From an uncultured cyanobacterium (GTDB taxonomy: Bacteria; Cyanobacteriota; Cyanobacteriia; Cyanobacteriales; Nostocaceae), in assembly GCA_963740315.1 (NCBI GenBank), contig CAVUDP010000001.1, positions 448,001 through 512,000 on the forward strand: DNA of 64,000 nucleotides, read 5' to 3'. Positions 11,393 through 22,078 of the stretch are shown piece by piece. The position numbers and the translations under genes were made by a program. Every line of letters begins with the position of its first letter. The first letter of the stretch is position 1. The notes beneath the pieces were generated by a model, which saw only the letters and a list, made by a program, of their open reading frames with translations, was not told the origin of the DNA and did not search any database.

Positions 11393-11866
11393 CTACTCCA
11401 TTGTGAGTTTTTGCAGAAGTTCGGCTAATCGTTCGATATTGGTGAGATATAAATAGCCAATCAAAGTTTCGAGGCTTGTAGCCTGTCGGTATGTTTGGGG
11501 ATCTACACGTTTGGGACGACCTGTGGCGGCGTTACGACCCCTACGGACAATTTCTAGTTCATTGCTATTCAGATCCGGGCTGAGCAAGTTTAACATTTTC
11601 GCCTGCTTTTCGGCTCTTACTTGTGCCACTACCAAACGATGATAATTTTTTACTCGTTGGGGTGGTAACAAATAATATCTCCTGATATACAGTTCGTAAA
11701 CTGCGTCGCCTAAATAAGCAAGAGCGGTAGGAGAAAGTTGCTGGAGTTGCGACACGGAAAGTTTTGGGAACAATTGTTCTACATTTAGTCTTAATTCATG
11801 AAAATCATTCTGTACCTTGGGCACATCAGAACTTGCATTTAAAAGATCCTCCTCCTTTGATTTCAC
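11393..11866 (-). CDS. mrnC: Mini-ribonuclease III
   Basis: ALAYLGDAVYELYIR, RRGRNA, YRQATSLETLIGYLYL; adjacent to rlmB. Confidence 0.9.
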   Translation of the reverse strand: MKSKEEDLLNASSDVPKVQNDFHELRLNVEQLFPKLSVSQLQQLSPTALAYLGDAVYELYIRRYYLLPPQRVKNYHRLVVAQVRAEKQAKMLNLLSPDLNSNELEIVRRGRNAATGRPKRVDPQTYRQATSLETLIGYLYLTNIERLAELLQKLTME

Positions 11867-12224
11867 AACTTAATCCCAAATATAATGGTTAATAATTATC
11901 GGGAGGTAATGATTTTGAGGAGTTGGGCTAGTACCTGCTCGTTTTTATGTTGATTCACGCTTATTGCCGTTATTTACTACAAAAGTTGCTTGATAATTTT
12001 AGCTTGTTATTTCAAGTTAATTGCATTGATTTTAACTTTTATTTACGCTAATAAAAGCGAACCAAAAAAGACATTATCTATAATAAATTAATTTTGCTAA
12101 ACGAAAAAATATGGAGAAAAAAATTTTTGTGGAACAGTTATTACTCAAAAATCAAATACTCACTTTAATATTACCAGAATTAAGAAAGAAAAAAATCTAC
12201 CGGCATTCCCTACTATATAAAAAT

Positions 12225-12257
12225 TAAGCTATCCAGATTTGAATATTGGATAGCTTA
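12225..12257. terminator. Hairpin downstream of STAS gene, possible terminator
   Basis: taagctatcca-N11-tggatagctta inverted repeat with A/T runs nearby. Confidence 0.55.
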
Positions 12258-12268
12258 TTTTTTGTCCG

Positions 12269-12670
12269 TCAAGACGACTTGATGTTTTCTAAAGCCTTAT
12301 CAACTGAAGTTTGCAAGGCAAGAAACTTTTCCAAGCGCACGAGCTTGACTGTCTGAGTAACGCGGGCATTAGTAACGATTTGAAAGGTACCTTTAGCGGT
12401 TTGAGACTGTTTGGCTAATTGTACTAAAGCTCCTAAACCGGAACTATCTACAAAGTCAATTTGCGAAAGATCCAGAATCACGTGTTTTGGACCTTCATCG
12501 ATTTTACTACTAAGTACCTTACGAAATGTCGGCTCGGAAAATGCGTCTAACAAACCTGTGAGGCGGAATAGCTGATAGTTATCCCGGACTTCACGAGTAC
12601 CTCGCAGGCTAACGGTTAGATTTAATGGCTCAGCAATAATTCCCTCCTCATGGTGAAAGCAAACGCTCAA
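12269..12670 (-). CDS. STAS domain anti-sigma factor antagonist (true start may be ATT at 12637)
   Basis: VILDLSQIDFVDSSGLGALV phosphorylatable-Ser motif. Confidence 0.88.
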   Translation of the reverse strand: MSVCFHHEEGIIAEPLNLTVSLRGTREVRDNYQLFRLTGLLDAFSEPTFRKVLSSKIDEGPKHVILDLSQIDFVDSSGLGALVQLAKQSQTAKGTFQIVTNARVTQTVKLVRLEKFLALQTSVDKALENIKSS

Positions 12671-12797
12671 GTATAGATGTTTTTTGTGTCTGTTGTCTAC
12701 TTTAACCGCTACTCAATAAAAAGAGAACGGATTTTGATAGTGGAACTTTAATTTTTAATAAAATAATTAATGCTCCAATTTCAAAATTTTCCTATTT

Positions 12798-13973
12798 TTA
12801 CCTTAGTTGAGCAGTAATTGCTTGACGAGCTGTTCGCATTGCTTGCACAAAATGCTCAAATAGGTAATCCGCATCGTGAGGACCTGGAGAAGCTTCTGGA
12901 TGATATTGTACCGAGAAAACTGGTAGGGATTTATGTTTCACTCCAGCAACGGTGCTGTCATTTAAGTTGAAGTGGCTAATATCTACGTCGTTATGAGGTA
13001 AAGAATCCGGATCGATCGCAAAGCTATGGTTTTGAGAAGTGATTTCGATTCGTTCCTTCAAGCCTGCTGGCTGATTTAAACCGCGATGACCAAATTTAAG
13101 TTTATAGGTTTGCGCTCCCAAGGCTTGACCCAAAATTTGGTGTCCCATGCAAATACCAAATATGGGCTTATCAGATTTGAGTAATGCTTTGGCTGTTTCA
13201 ACTCCTTCGGTAACGGCGCTGGGATCTCCAGGTCCGTTAGAAAGAAAAATTCCGTCTGGGTTATGTTTAAGTATCTCTGGGGTTGGAGTATCTGCTGGAA
13301 CGACAATTACCCGACAACCATGACTGGCTAAACGCCGTAATATATTGCGTTTAACGCCAAAATCTAAAGCTACAACGGTAAATTTTTCTTCTGAATCGGT
13401 TAAATTAGAGTCCGTATTAAATTCCCATACTTTAATAGTCGGTTCGGACCATTCGTAGGTTTGTGAAGTTGTTACCTCATTCACTAGGTTTAATCCGCTC
13501 ATCGATGGAGCTGCATTTACCTGTTCTAACAATTCATTTGGGTCTAATATTTCAGTAGAAACACCGGCGTTCATGGCTCCCAGGTTACGGATTCTACGAG
13601 TTAAAGCGCGAGTATCAATACCATAAATTCCCGGTATCTGATGCTCTTTTAAATAGTCGGGTAAAGATTGAGTTGCTCGCCAGTTGCTCGGACGATAACA
13701 AATATTGCGGGCTATACAAGCTCTTAAATGGGGTTTATCTGACTCGGCATCCTCTGGGTTGACACCAGTATTTCCTAGTTCCGGATAGGTAAACACGATG
13801 ATTTGACCGCAATAACTGGGGTCGGTCATCACTTCTTGATATCCTGTCATGCCGGTATTAAAAACTACTTCTCCTATAGCGGTGCCGGTAGCACCGAAAG
13901 ACCAGCCGTGATAGCTGGTTCCATCTGCTAGGACAAGTAGAGCTGGTGTTTCGTCAAACAGATGCATAAGCAA
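12798..13973 (-). CDS. carA: Carbamoyl-phosphate synthase small subunit
   Basis: [47 protein letters not shown]. Confidence 0.97.
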   Translation of the reverse strand: MLMHLFDETPALLVLADGTSYHGWSFGATGTAIGEVVFNTGMTGYQEVMTDPSYCGQIIVFTYPELGNTGVNPEDAESDKPHLRACIARNICYRPSNWRATQSLPDYLKEHQIPGIYGIDTRALTRRIRNLGAMNAGVSTEILDPNELLEQVNAAPSMSGLNLVNEVTTSQTYEWSEPTIKVWEFNTDSNLTDSEEKFTVVALDFGVKRNILRRLASHGCRVIVVPADTPTPEILKHNPDGIFLSNGPGDPSAVTEGVETAKALLKSDKPIFGICMGHQILGQALGAQTYKLKFGHRGLNQPAGLKERIEITSQNHSFAIDPDSLPHNDVDISHFNLNDSTVAGVKHKSLPVFSVQYHPEASPGPHDADYLFEHFVQAMRTARQAITAQLR

Positions 13974-14357
13974 TAAAACGATAAAGCAACGATAAAATAA
14001 TTAAATTAGCTATTAGGCGCGAGAAACAATTATCCCACGAGTTAATTCAAAACGGATTTTTTATTTTTTATACTTATGATTAATAAAGGAGAAACCCGAA
14101 CGAAGGTTATTTATACTCAACAAATAAATTAAATTGACCCTTTTGGAGTTGCCCAGCCTCAGCTGCTTACTCTGGTGCGGATTAAAATAGTTATATATAG
14201 AGTGCATCTAGTACCAGCGATGAGAAATCAAACTTTTAACTTTAAAGATACTTCCCGCGACTGGTAAAATCGGGCAGATAGTAGTGCTTGTTGAATGTTA
14301 AATAAATAAAACTTAAAAGTAGATTTTTGCCCCCAAGGGCTTGGTAAAATCAAAATT

Positions 14358-15527
14358 ATGATGCTTGAGCCTTTGTTTTCCCGTGCAGCGTTGATTCTAC
14401 TATGGAGCGCACTAGCTGTAGTTGGTGTTTCCTGTAGCAAAGAACAAAAAACTGCTAAAATTTCCCAGAACCCCACGCAGCAATCATCGCTGATTGCTTC
14501 TCCCGTAGTCGATCCATCATCTGCATTAACATCCACAAAAAAACCGCTTTCCATTGAAAACGATAAAAAAGCTGTGGAACCAACTTCCTTTGAAATGGGA
14601 TTGGACAAAGCAGCAGGTGGTTTTAGTATAAGTCAATCTGCTCGATCGCCAGAGGATTGGGAATTAGTGGCTGATTATTATCAAGATGCGATTAACTTGA
14701 TGAAATCCGTTCAGCCCCAAAGCCGCTATTACCCGATCGCCAAAGTAAAAGTCAAGGAATATCAGCGCCATTTTGATTATGCTTCAGAAAAATCTGTTGC
14801 TCTTGGACAACCCCAACCCGAACCGGAACCGCAAAGAGTAGTGGTAACGGTACCTCCGCTCAAAGAATCGATCGCACGCAGTCAAAAAATCCAGGTTCCT
14901 GACTCAGTACAAAAAATATTACAGCAAAATTTACAATCTCAACAAGCTGCCGTACCGCAGGAATTACCGCCGCCGCAACCACCACAACCAACTCCAGCGC
15001 CACGTCAAGCCATACCGATACCCATTCAGCCAAAACCCATTGAGCCAAAAGAAGTATACGCTGCCGTACCCATAAGGGATAGTCGTCAAGCTATGGTATT
15101 TAGCGTCCCTATCAAACGACGGATTGGGGGTACACCAATTATCAATGTTACTTTTAATGACAAACGGCAATTTGAGATGATTGTCGATACAGGCGCTAGC
15201 GGTACCGTAATTACCCAGCAAATGGCTAGCCTACTTAATGTTTCTACCGTCGGCAAAGCAAAAGCAAATACTGCTTCCGCTCAATCCGTAGAATTTCCCA
15301 TCGGTTATGTTGATTCCATTGAAGCCGGTGGTGTCAAAGTCAAGAAAGTCCCCGTCGCGATCGCTGGTTCGGAATTAGAAAATGGACTGTTAGGACACGA
15401 CTTTTTCGGCAACTACGACATTACTATTAAAAGCAACGTTGTAGAATTTCGTCCCCGCTCTAATACCGAATCTCAACAAAAAAGCAAGAGTATTCCGATT
15501 TATCCTACGAAGCTTTTTGAGGAATAG
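14358..15527 (+). CDS. Lipoprotein with C-terminal retropepsin-like aspartic protease domain
   Basis: Lipobox VGVSC, Pro/Gln-rich linker, IVDTGASGT and GLLGHDFF motifs. Confidence 0.85.
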   Translation: MMLEPLFSRAALILLWSALAVVGVSCSKEQKTAKISQNPTQQSSLIASPVVDPSSALTSTKKPLSIENDKKAVEPTSFEMGLDKAAGGFSISQSARSPEDWELVADYYQDAINLMKSVQPQSRYYPIAKVKVKEYQRHFDYASEKSVALGQPQPEPEPQRVVVTVPPLKESIARSQKIQVPDSVQKILQQNLQSQQAAVPQELPPPQPPQPTPAPRQAIPIPIQPKPIEPKEVYAAVPIRDSRQAMVFSVPIKRRIGGTPIINVTFNDKRQFEMIVDTGASGTVITQQMASLLNVSTVGKAKANTASAQSVEFPIGYVDSIEAGGVKVKKVPVAIAGSELENGLLGHDFFGNYDITIKSNVVEFRPRSNTESQQKSKSIPIYPTKLFEE

Positions 15528-15670
15528 TAGGGAGTAGGGAGATGGGGGAGATGGGGGGATGGGGAGACAAGGGGACAAGGGGACAAGGGGAAGGAGTTAT
15601 TACACCTTTGACATGCAGACCTTTTTAACCTTTAACCTTTAACCTTTTTACCATGCCCCCAATGCCTAAC
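15528..15670. repeat. Mosaic of STRR-type repeats (GGGAGTA, GGGGGAGAT, GGGGACAA, ACCTTTA)
   Basis: Several tandem 7-9-mer arrays are directly visible. Confidence 0.8.
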
Positions 15671-16170
15671 TCCGGCGATCCATTTTTACCATCTGCAAGA
15701 TTAAAAGTCTTTCTAGAAAGAAAATAAGGGGTGAAGACCCCGATCTAAATCAGATCGTTAAAGTGTAAGATTTGAAAACATGAAGCTTAAGTTGGTGAAC
15801 TAACCAATGGCAGATGCCTTTCTTAAGCATATTTTTATATTGCGCGATATACGGCTACAGCAAAAGGAAATTCTCTTTGCTGCGTAATTTTCCTGTTGTC
15901 TTAAACTAAATTTAACCTCTTCTTAGCTGAAAGTTAAGCTATAGGGTGTTAACTTAAATAATAATTCACTTTTTGCTGCAACATTTGAACTTCCCCCGAA
16001 CTTTGGAGTATATAGGGTTCGGGGGATTCTCTATTTCAGTAACCAGTAAGCAGTAAGCAGTAACCAGTTAATAATTATCTTCCCCCGAACCCTATCTCCC
16101 CTTCTCTTCGGACGGTGTAAAATTTAGGTTAATATAGTTAAACTACGGCGCTATACATTCTTTTACAAAA

Positions 16171-18018
16171 GTGTCTTTACAGAATATTCCTGATTTTTTA
16201 AATACGGCTAAATCTTATTTGGTAGAAATTGCATCAAAGGCTAACGAGATAGATGAATCGCCGGATGCTTTGTTTGAGGCTTTGTTAGGTTTGGGAAATT
16301 TGAATTTGCTGGCGTTGAAGGTTCCCGTCAGGTTGGGTGGTAAGGATGTTAGCGAAGTTGATTATGGTAATTTTCAAGAATTAGTAGCTAGATATTCCGG
16401 TGCTTTAGCTTTTTTACAAACACAACATCAAAGTGCTGCGGGGATGTTGGTTGCTGGGAATAATACGCTTCAACAAGAATATCTACCGCGTATGGGTAGT
16501 GGGGAAGTTTTATTAGGTATTGGTTTTTCTCATTTACGCCGTGGAGGTGAGCCGATAATTACGGCTGAATCGGTAGCTGGAGGCTATCAGTTTAATGGTG
16601 TTGTACCTTGGGTAACGGGATTTGGATTTTTTCAAGAGTTTGTTGTTGCGGCGACTTTACCTGATGGGAGTGCTGTTTTTGGAATTGCGCCTTTTCAAAA
16701 TACGCAATCTTCAAGTGGAGGTGAAATAACTTTTACTCCCCCCGCAAAATTGGCGGCGATGAATTCAACAAATACTGTTTCTGCGACTTTAAACCGCTGG
16801 TTTCTACCTGAAGAATTTGTAGTTTTTATTAAACCACCGGGCTGGATACATGAAAACGATCGCAAGAATCTTCTCAAGGCAACTTTTCTGGTTTTTGGAT
16901 GCGCTGAGGCAGGTTTAGATGTTATTCAAGCAGCATTTAAGAAAAAGTCACTATCTTTTATTGACGATGCTTTCAAATCTCTCCAAGCAGAATTAAATAG
17001 CTGTCGTAGTGCGATCGCTCAGACAAGGCAGCAACAGGTAGAATTTACGCAAAAGCTGCAATTGAGAGCTTGGGCAATTGATTTAACAACAAGAATAGCT
17101 CATGCGGCGGTGACTGTTTCTAGTGGGGCTGCTAATTACAGTCATCATGCAGCACAACGGGTTTATCGTGAAGCTTTGGTGTTTACTGTTAGCGGGCAAA
17201 GTAGTGCAATTATGGAAGCTACTTTAGAAAGGTTAACGCGGATTACCTCTACAGAAGAGTTAACCTGGATGCCTAGCCTACAAGAAAAAAATTTAAAATA
17301 TAAACCAAAATATAAACAACATCGAATTTCTTATTCTCGCGTTGTTCATTTAAGTCATGTTATCGATCCAAATATTCCTCAGTGGCAAGGCGATCCAAAT
17401 ATAAAATTTGAAACGGTGGCTGAGTTACAAAAAGATGGTTATTATTTACGTCAGTTGTCAATGGGCGAACATAGTGCTACCCATATTAACGCGCCGATAA
17501 GTTTTCATAAAGATGGTGCGGCAATAGAGGAATATCCCGCCGATTCTTTGGTTGTACCTGCGGTGGTAATAGACATTCAACCGAATGTAACGGTAAATCC
17601 AGATTATGTTCTGAGTATTGCTGATATCGAAGCTTGGGAAAATCAATACGGAGAAATCAAAAGTGGGTGTGTGGTGTTGTTAAGAACTGGTTGGCAAGAA
17701 AAGTGGAGCGATCGCAAAGCATTTTTTAATCAAGATATTCGAGAAACAATGCATTTCCCAGGTTTCGGTGTTGACGCAACTGAGTTATTAATTCAAAAAA
17801 GAAATATTGCGGGAATTGGAATCGATACGGGAGGTGTAGATGCAGGTAAAGATACAAATTTTACTATAAATCGCTTAGTGTTGGAAAAACCACGCATCGT
17901 ATTGGAGAATTTAACTAATTTGGAACAGTTACCTCCGATTGGAATCACTCTTGTTATCGGAGTTTTGAGATTGCGCTTCGGTTCGGGTTCTCCTGTAGGT
18001 GTGGTAGCTTTAATATAG
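16171..18018 (+). CDS. Fusion of acyl-CoA dehydrogenase-family flavoprotein and cyclase (kynurenine formamidase-like) domain
   Basis: N-terminal part: LNLLALKVP..GG, LNG-type segment FNGVVPWVTG, AQRVYREA. C-terminal part: HLSHVI, MGEHSATHINAP, VLLRTGW, HFPGF, GIGIDT, VLENLTNL. Confidence 0.85.
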   Translation: MSLQNIPDFLNTAKSYLVEIASKANEIDESPDALFEALLGLGNLNLLALKVPVRLGGKDVSEVDYGNFQELVARYSGALAFLQTQHQSAAGMLVAGNNTLQQEYLPRMGSGEVLLGIGFSHLRRGGEPIITAESVAGGYQFNGVVPWVTGFGFFQEFVVAATLPDGSAVFGIAPFQNTQSSSGGEITFTPPAKLAAMNSTNTVSATLNRWFLPEEFVVFIKPPGWIHENDRKNLLKATFLVFGCAEAGLDVIQAAFKKKSLSFIDDAFKSLQAELNSCRSAIAQTRQQQVEFTQKLQLRAWAIDLTTRIAHAAVTVSSGAANYSHHAAQRVYREALVFTVSGQSSAIMEATLERLTRITSTEELTWMPSLQEKNLKYKPKYKQHRISYSRVVHLSHVIDPNIPQWQGDPNIKFETVAELQKDGYYLRQLSMGEHSATHINAPISFHKDGAAIEEYPADSLVVPAVVIDIQPNVTVNPDYVLSIADIEAWENQYGEIKSGCVVLLRTGWQEKWSDRKAFFNQDIRETMHFPGFGVDATELLIQKRNIAGIGIDTGGVDAGKDTNFTINRLVLEKPRIVLENLTNLEQLPPIGITLVIGVLRLRFGSGSPVGVVALI

Positions 18019-19055
18019 GCTTTATTGCTTTTTATCAATGAATTACGGCAATTTTGAAGAATATTTTTAAATAAGTAATTCTATCTAAATATAGTTAAAT
18101 GCTATCGCACAGATAGTTAGATCGCAAACATTCAGATTTTTTCTCCTAAGCAAAATAAGTTTAAATACCCTAAAAGTAATATCGCAGCCGATAAATAACT
18201 CGATATACCACTTTAGGAGTATATATTTAAAGCTTATTTTCGGTACTATTAGTCTTATTAGATTTGTAGCTAAATAAAGATGATAAGTCTCTTTGAAAGT
18301 ACACTATTTACATATTGAAGTTATCCAGATCGATTGGATCGGGTTTTATTAATTGACTAATGCTCGTATAACGTTTTATAGGTGAAGGCATTGAAAGTTG
18401 TCTTTACAATTTTGGTTTATTATTCCAAACAAAAGTCTGTATCTAGATAGCGTAAAAGCTTGTAACTTTACCGCCATTGCGACGGCATATGCGATTTTTA
18501 AGCTTTCAGCGCCAGTTGATGATTTTCTCGGTTAATTCTTAGTCTATGATGCGGACGATTACATTCAATTCACGTAACTGTCTATTACGGCTTTCACTAT
18601 ATTATCTCTACAGACCTTCATTGGTTGAATCAAGTTTGATTAGATATATCTATTTTACTAAGGGGACAATGCTTTCTCCAGAGAATAATTACAAACATTG
18701 TTTTGCGATCGCAGCCTTTAATTGATGACTAAAGTTTATCCGATACCTAAAAACCACTAATTAAGCAGATAACCCAAAGCTTTCATTCCCGTTACCTGCT
18801 TATCGATCCCTGCCAATATAAAGTCCAAAACCATTGGAATGACTTATATCGAGTTGACGTTATACATGACATCAGATTAAAACAGGAATAATTTGAATAA
18901 ATGTTAAGTAAGGTATTGAAAGAAGTTTTTTGTATTTATTAAATATTTTAGAGATTGATATTTAGAATTGTAAAACAATTGTCATATAACCCTAAAAGAA
19001 TTGTTATTCTAGTAGAGCGATAGATGATTATAAATTTTAAATTTAGGAGATAAAA

Positions 19056-19337
19056 ATGCTTGCAATTTACCTGGTGCTATTTATTCTTGCGTTAGCTACT
19101 ATCTGGCTGGGGTTAAAAATAGCCGAGGAAGTCTATCGTATTGCAGTACTTTTTACCGGAGCAATACTTTTAATAATGGGGTTTGTATTGGCTCCATCAG
19201 TGATACAAATAGTTAGTGTATTGCTGATATTGTCCGTTTACCAACTTTATGTTTCTCAACCTAAATTTAATCTGTTTGTCAGAAATGAGGTTGAAGCTGT
19301 GAAGTCAGTTAAATGTGTAGGACCTGGTTGTGAATAA
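19056..19337 (+). CDS. Small membrane protein, hypothetical
   Basis: AGGAG RBS before ATG; three hydrophobic segments; hairpin aagtcagaa...ttctgactt downstream at about 19403-19442. Confidence 0.7.
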   Translation: MLAIYLVLFILALATIWLGLKIAEEVYRIAVLFTGAILLIMGFVLAPSVIQIVSVLLILSVYQLYVSQPKFNLFVRNEVEAVKSVKCVGPGCE

Positions 19338-19548
19338 AGTTAATATAGATTTGAAGTAATTAGCCTTTGTCGGATTTTTGATTAAAATTACATAGACTAC
19401 GTAAGTCAGAATTTAGAGATTCATTTTTCTAGCTTCTGACTTTAGTTTTTTTTATTTGAAAATTGAGAAAATTATTTTATTAAATTTGCCACCCGAATAC
19501 TACATTCGACTTAACTAGTACCACACGGCTTAAATAGCGCACCCCTAA

Positions 19549-19893
19549 TTTTTAGGCTCAGAAGTCGGGTTTTTAGAATACGTATCTATAGATAGCGTCA
19601 TCGATAAATTAGATGCTTCGGGACAAGCGCAGGTTAAAAGTATTGTAAGTGAGTTATGCGGTAATAAAACTCAGATAATTGTCGAGCAAGATATTGATAT
19701 CCTGGTGAAATGTGCCGATCGCATATTGGTTTTGATTGACGGTGAAATTGTTGCAGACGGTAAACCTCAAGAAATTTTACATGATGAAGAGGTTCTATCC
19801 CTTGCCGATATCGATATTCCCGTAAGCTTGCGCGTTGCTAAGGCTCTGGGTTTATCGGAAATGACCAGCGAGCAAGATGCTCGCACTACTTAA
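19549..19893 (+). pseudogene. C-terminal remnant of an ECF/CbiO-type ABC ATPase
   Basis: Frame open from 19549: ...IDSVIDKLDASGQAQVKSIV...QIIVEQDIDILVKCADRILVLIDGEIVADGKPQEIL. Resembles the degenerate Walker B/D-loop and H-loop end. No Walker A and no upstream ATG. Confidence 0.65.
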
Positions 19894-20326
19894 TCTTGTT
19901 TCCCGATGACTAATGCCCCATGCCCCATGCCCAATTCCTAACTCCTTTAATCCAAAATCTAAAACAAACGCATCCGTTGTTAAAATCTAAAATCCAAAAT
20001 CAGAAATAAAAGAATGCGTGGTATTGCTAGGGATGTATGGATTATTTGTAGTATGGATGGTGTTAGAAACTATGGAGATTACGAATGTGATTTGAGTTTA
20101 AAAAAAGTTATGTTGTAATTGCAAAAGTTAATATGGATTGAAGCGATCGTATTGTATTAGATAGTAGTCACCGTTGCGCGATACTATATAACGCCGGTTT
20201 CAGCATCACCTACTTTGGTTGAATATCAGCTGGTAAATTGTTTGAAATTGTTAATTTATATTTGTAGATTTTACGGAATAAACTTTTTTACCCATGTATT
20301 AAAAGGGTGATGCTTTTTCGTATTTC

Positions 20327-21745
20327 ATGAAAACGAGTAAAAATATTTTTAAGTCCTTGCAAATTAAGGTACTTTTAGTGCTACTTATAAGCGTTATTAG
20401 TATCCCTGTTCTCTACCAGTTTAATTGGAGTGGTTTTGGAGAAGATTCAAATAAATCAAAAAGTATAGAAACAACAATAAAAGACGGAAAAATTATTAGT
20501 ATTAAGAAAACTGAAACTGAATATTTTCAATCAGGTAAGACACTGTGGGATTGGTTAGGGTTAGCTGGTACCTTGGCAATTCCAATCGTTTTATTTCAGT
20601 TTCAAACTAGCGAACAACGACGATCGGAAAAACAAGCGTCTGTTGAAAAAGAACAAGCTGAAAAACGAACGTCTGTTGAAAAAGAACAAGCTGAAAAACG
20701 AGCGTCTGTTGAAAAAGAACAAGCTGAAAAACGAGCGTCTGTTGAAAAAGATATTGCCGAAGCTAATTTACGTGAAGAGGCTTTTCAGGCTTATATTGAC
20801 AGTATGGCAGTAATTTTAGTTAATAAGAGAAGTCGGTCTGAATTATTTTATAGTGAAAACGGAAACAATTATGAAGATAATTCTGTACGAGACATAGCAC
20901 GTATAAGAACAGTAACAATATTACGAAGGCTAGAAAATGATATAAAACGTCAAAATAGAATTTTACATTTTCTACATGATGCTGAGCTTTTACAAATTTT
21001 ATTAAAAACTGCCAACCTTAGTGGTATTGATCTCAATGGCGTTAATCTCAATGGCGTTAACCTTAATGGTGCTAATTTTACAAATGCCAATCTCTGCGGG
21101 GCTAATTTTAGTGAAGCTAGCCTCAATGGCGCTAATTTTACCAATGCCAATCTCTGCGGGGCTAATCTTGAAAAGTCATATATACAAAATACAAACTTTA
21201 TAAATACTGACTTAAGTAATGCAATACTTGTAAATGCAAAAACATGGTACGAAGAAGAAATTGATTTGAATTTTAAAACAGAAGTAGTTGATGATGAGTT
21301 AAGCCCTGCTTATCAACGCGAAATATGGTATACTACAGATTTTTCTGAAGCAAAACTAACTAATGCTAATTTGCTATTAACTAATTTGAAAGCTGCGGAG
21401 AATTTGACAGTAGAGCAGCTAAAAGAAGCAAAAAATTGGGATGAAGCTATATATAATACTAAATTATTCAAGAAGTTAGGACTGCCGAAACCATTAGAAT
21501 CAATCATAGATGATATGTATAAAGATGCATTTCTCCTAGATAAGGATGAAGATATTGATTTTGAAAAACTTATTGGCTACCAAGTTGAAGTAAGAAATTA
21601 CGTTGAGAATGAAACAAAAACAATAACTAAAGGGGAAATAACTGGGTTTAGCAAATTAAATCGACGTGTAAATGTCAAAACTTCAAATGGAGAAAAGTTA
21701 GACAAACTCTACCTACATCAAGTTTATGTTTATATAACTGAGTAA
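20327..21745 (+). CDS. Membrane-anchored pentapeptide repeat protein
   Basis: Two hydrophobic segments (incl. KTLWDWLGLAG), ARIRTVTILRRL motif, A(N/D)LxX repeats. Confidence 0.85.
   Translation: MKTSKNIFKSLQIKVLLVLLISVISIPVLYQFNWSGFGEDSNKSKSIETTIKDGKIISIKKTETEYFQSGKTLWDWLGLAGTLAIPIVLFQFQTSEQRRSEKQASVEKEQAEKRTSVEKEQAEKRASVEKEQAEKRASVEKDIAEANLREEAFQAYIDSMAVILVNKRSRSELFYSENGNNYEDNSVRDIARIRTVTILRRLENDIKRQNRILHFLHDAELLQILLKTANLSGIDLNGVNLNGVNLNGANFTNANLCGANFSEASLNGANFTNANLCGANLEKSYIQNTNFINTDLSNAILVNAKTWYEEEIDLNFKTEVVDDELSPAYQREIWYTTDFSEAKLTNANLLLTNLKAAENLTVEQLKEAKNWDEAIYNTKLFKKLGLPKPLESIIDDMYKDAFLLDKDEDIDFEKLIGYQVEVRNYVENETKTITKGEITGFSKLNRRVNVKTSNGEKLDKLYLHQVYVYITE
20627..20751 (+). repeat. 33-nt in-frame tandem repeat, about 3.8 copies (EKRASVEKEQA)
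   Basis: Units of gaaaaacgagcgtctgttgaaaaagaacaagct start at 20627, 20660, 20693 and 20726. Confidence 0.93.
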
Positions 21746-22078
21746 AATAAAAAAGTTGCTTCCTCAACTATTGATAAAACATTCTCGGAATCTGTGGTGT
21801 TTGTAACCCGATATTGATAAATAGAATTCTTGAACAATTACCAGTTACCTATTGAGTTCTCTCCCATCTCCCCATTTTCTTTACGTATGTTGATAATCGC
21901 GTTCTTTTTTAAAGTTGGAGGACAAGGTTAATCTATAGCATCTAGCTTCTTGACTTAATTGCATTGAGGATTTCATCGTTTCCCTCGCATCCGCAGCAGT
22001 ACTAGCATGCCCGTTTAATTCAGCCTCAAGATACAAGATAGGGCATTGGGATAGAATTTAACTGGTTAGTGGTAACTC

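Noticed and set aside
14228..14608. 126-aa minus-strand ORF and other short antisense or overlapping ORFs in the track (e.g. 4834-5109, 54356-54718, 34321-34608)
   Set aside because: They overlap well-supported genes and have no recognisable motifs; treated as shadow ORFs.
18020..19050. 1-kb intergenic tract with short protein-like minus-strand fragments
   Set aside because: Multiple stops and no recognisable family; cannot be supported without BLASTX.
21880..22040. About 51-codon minus-strand open frame downstream of the RmlD-like gene
   Set aside because: No RBS or recognisable motif; length compatible with chance.
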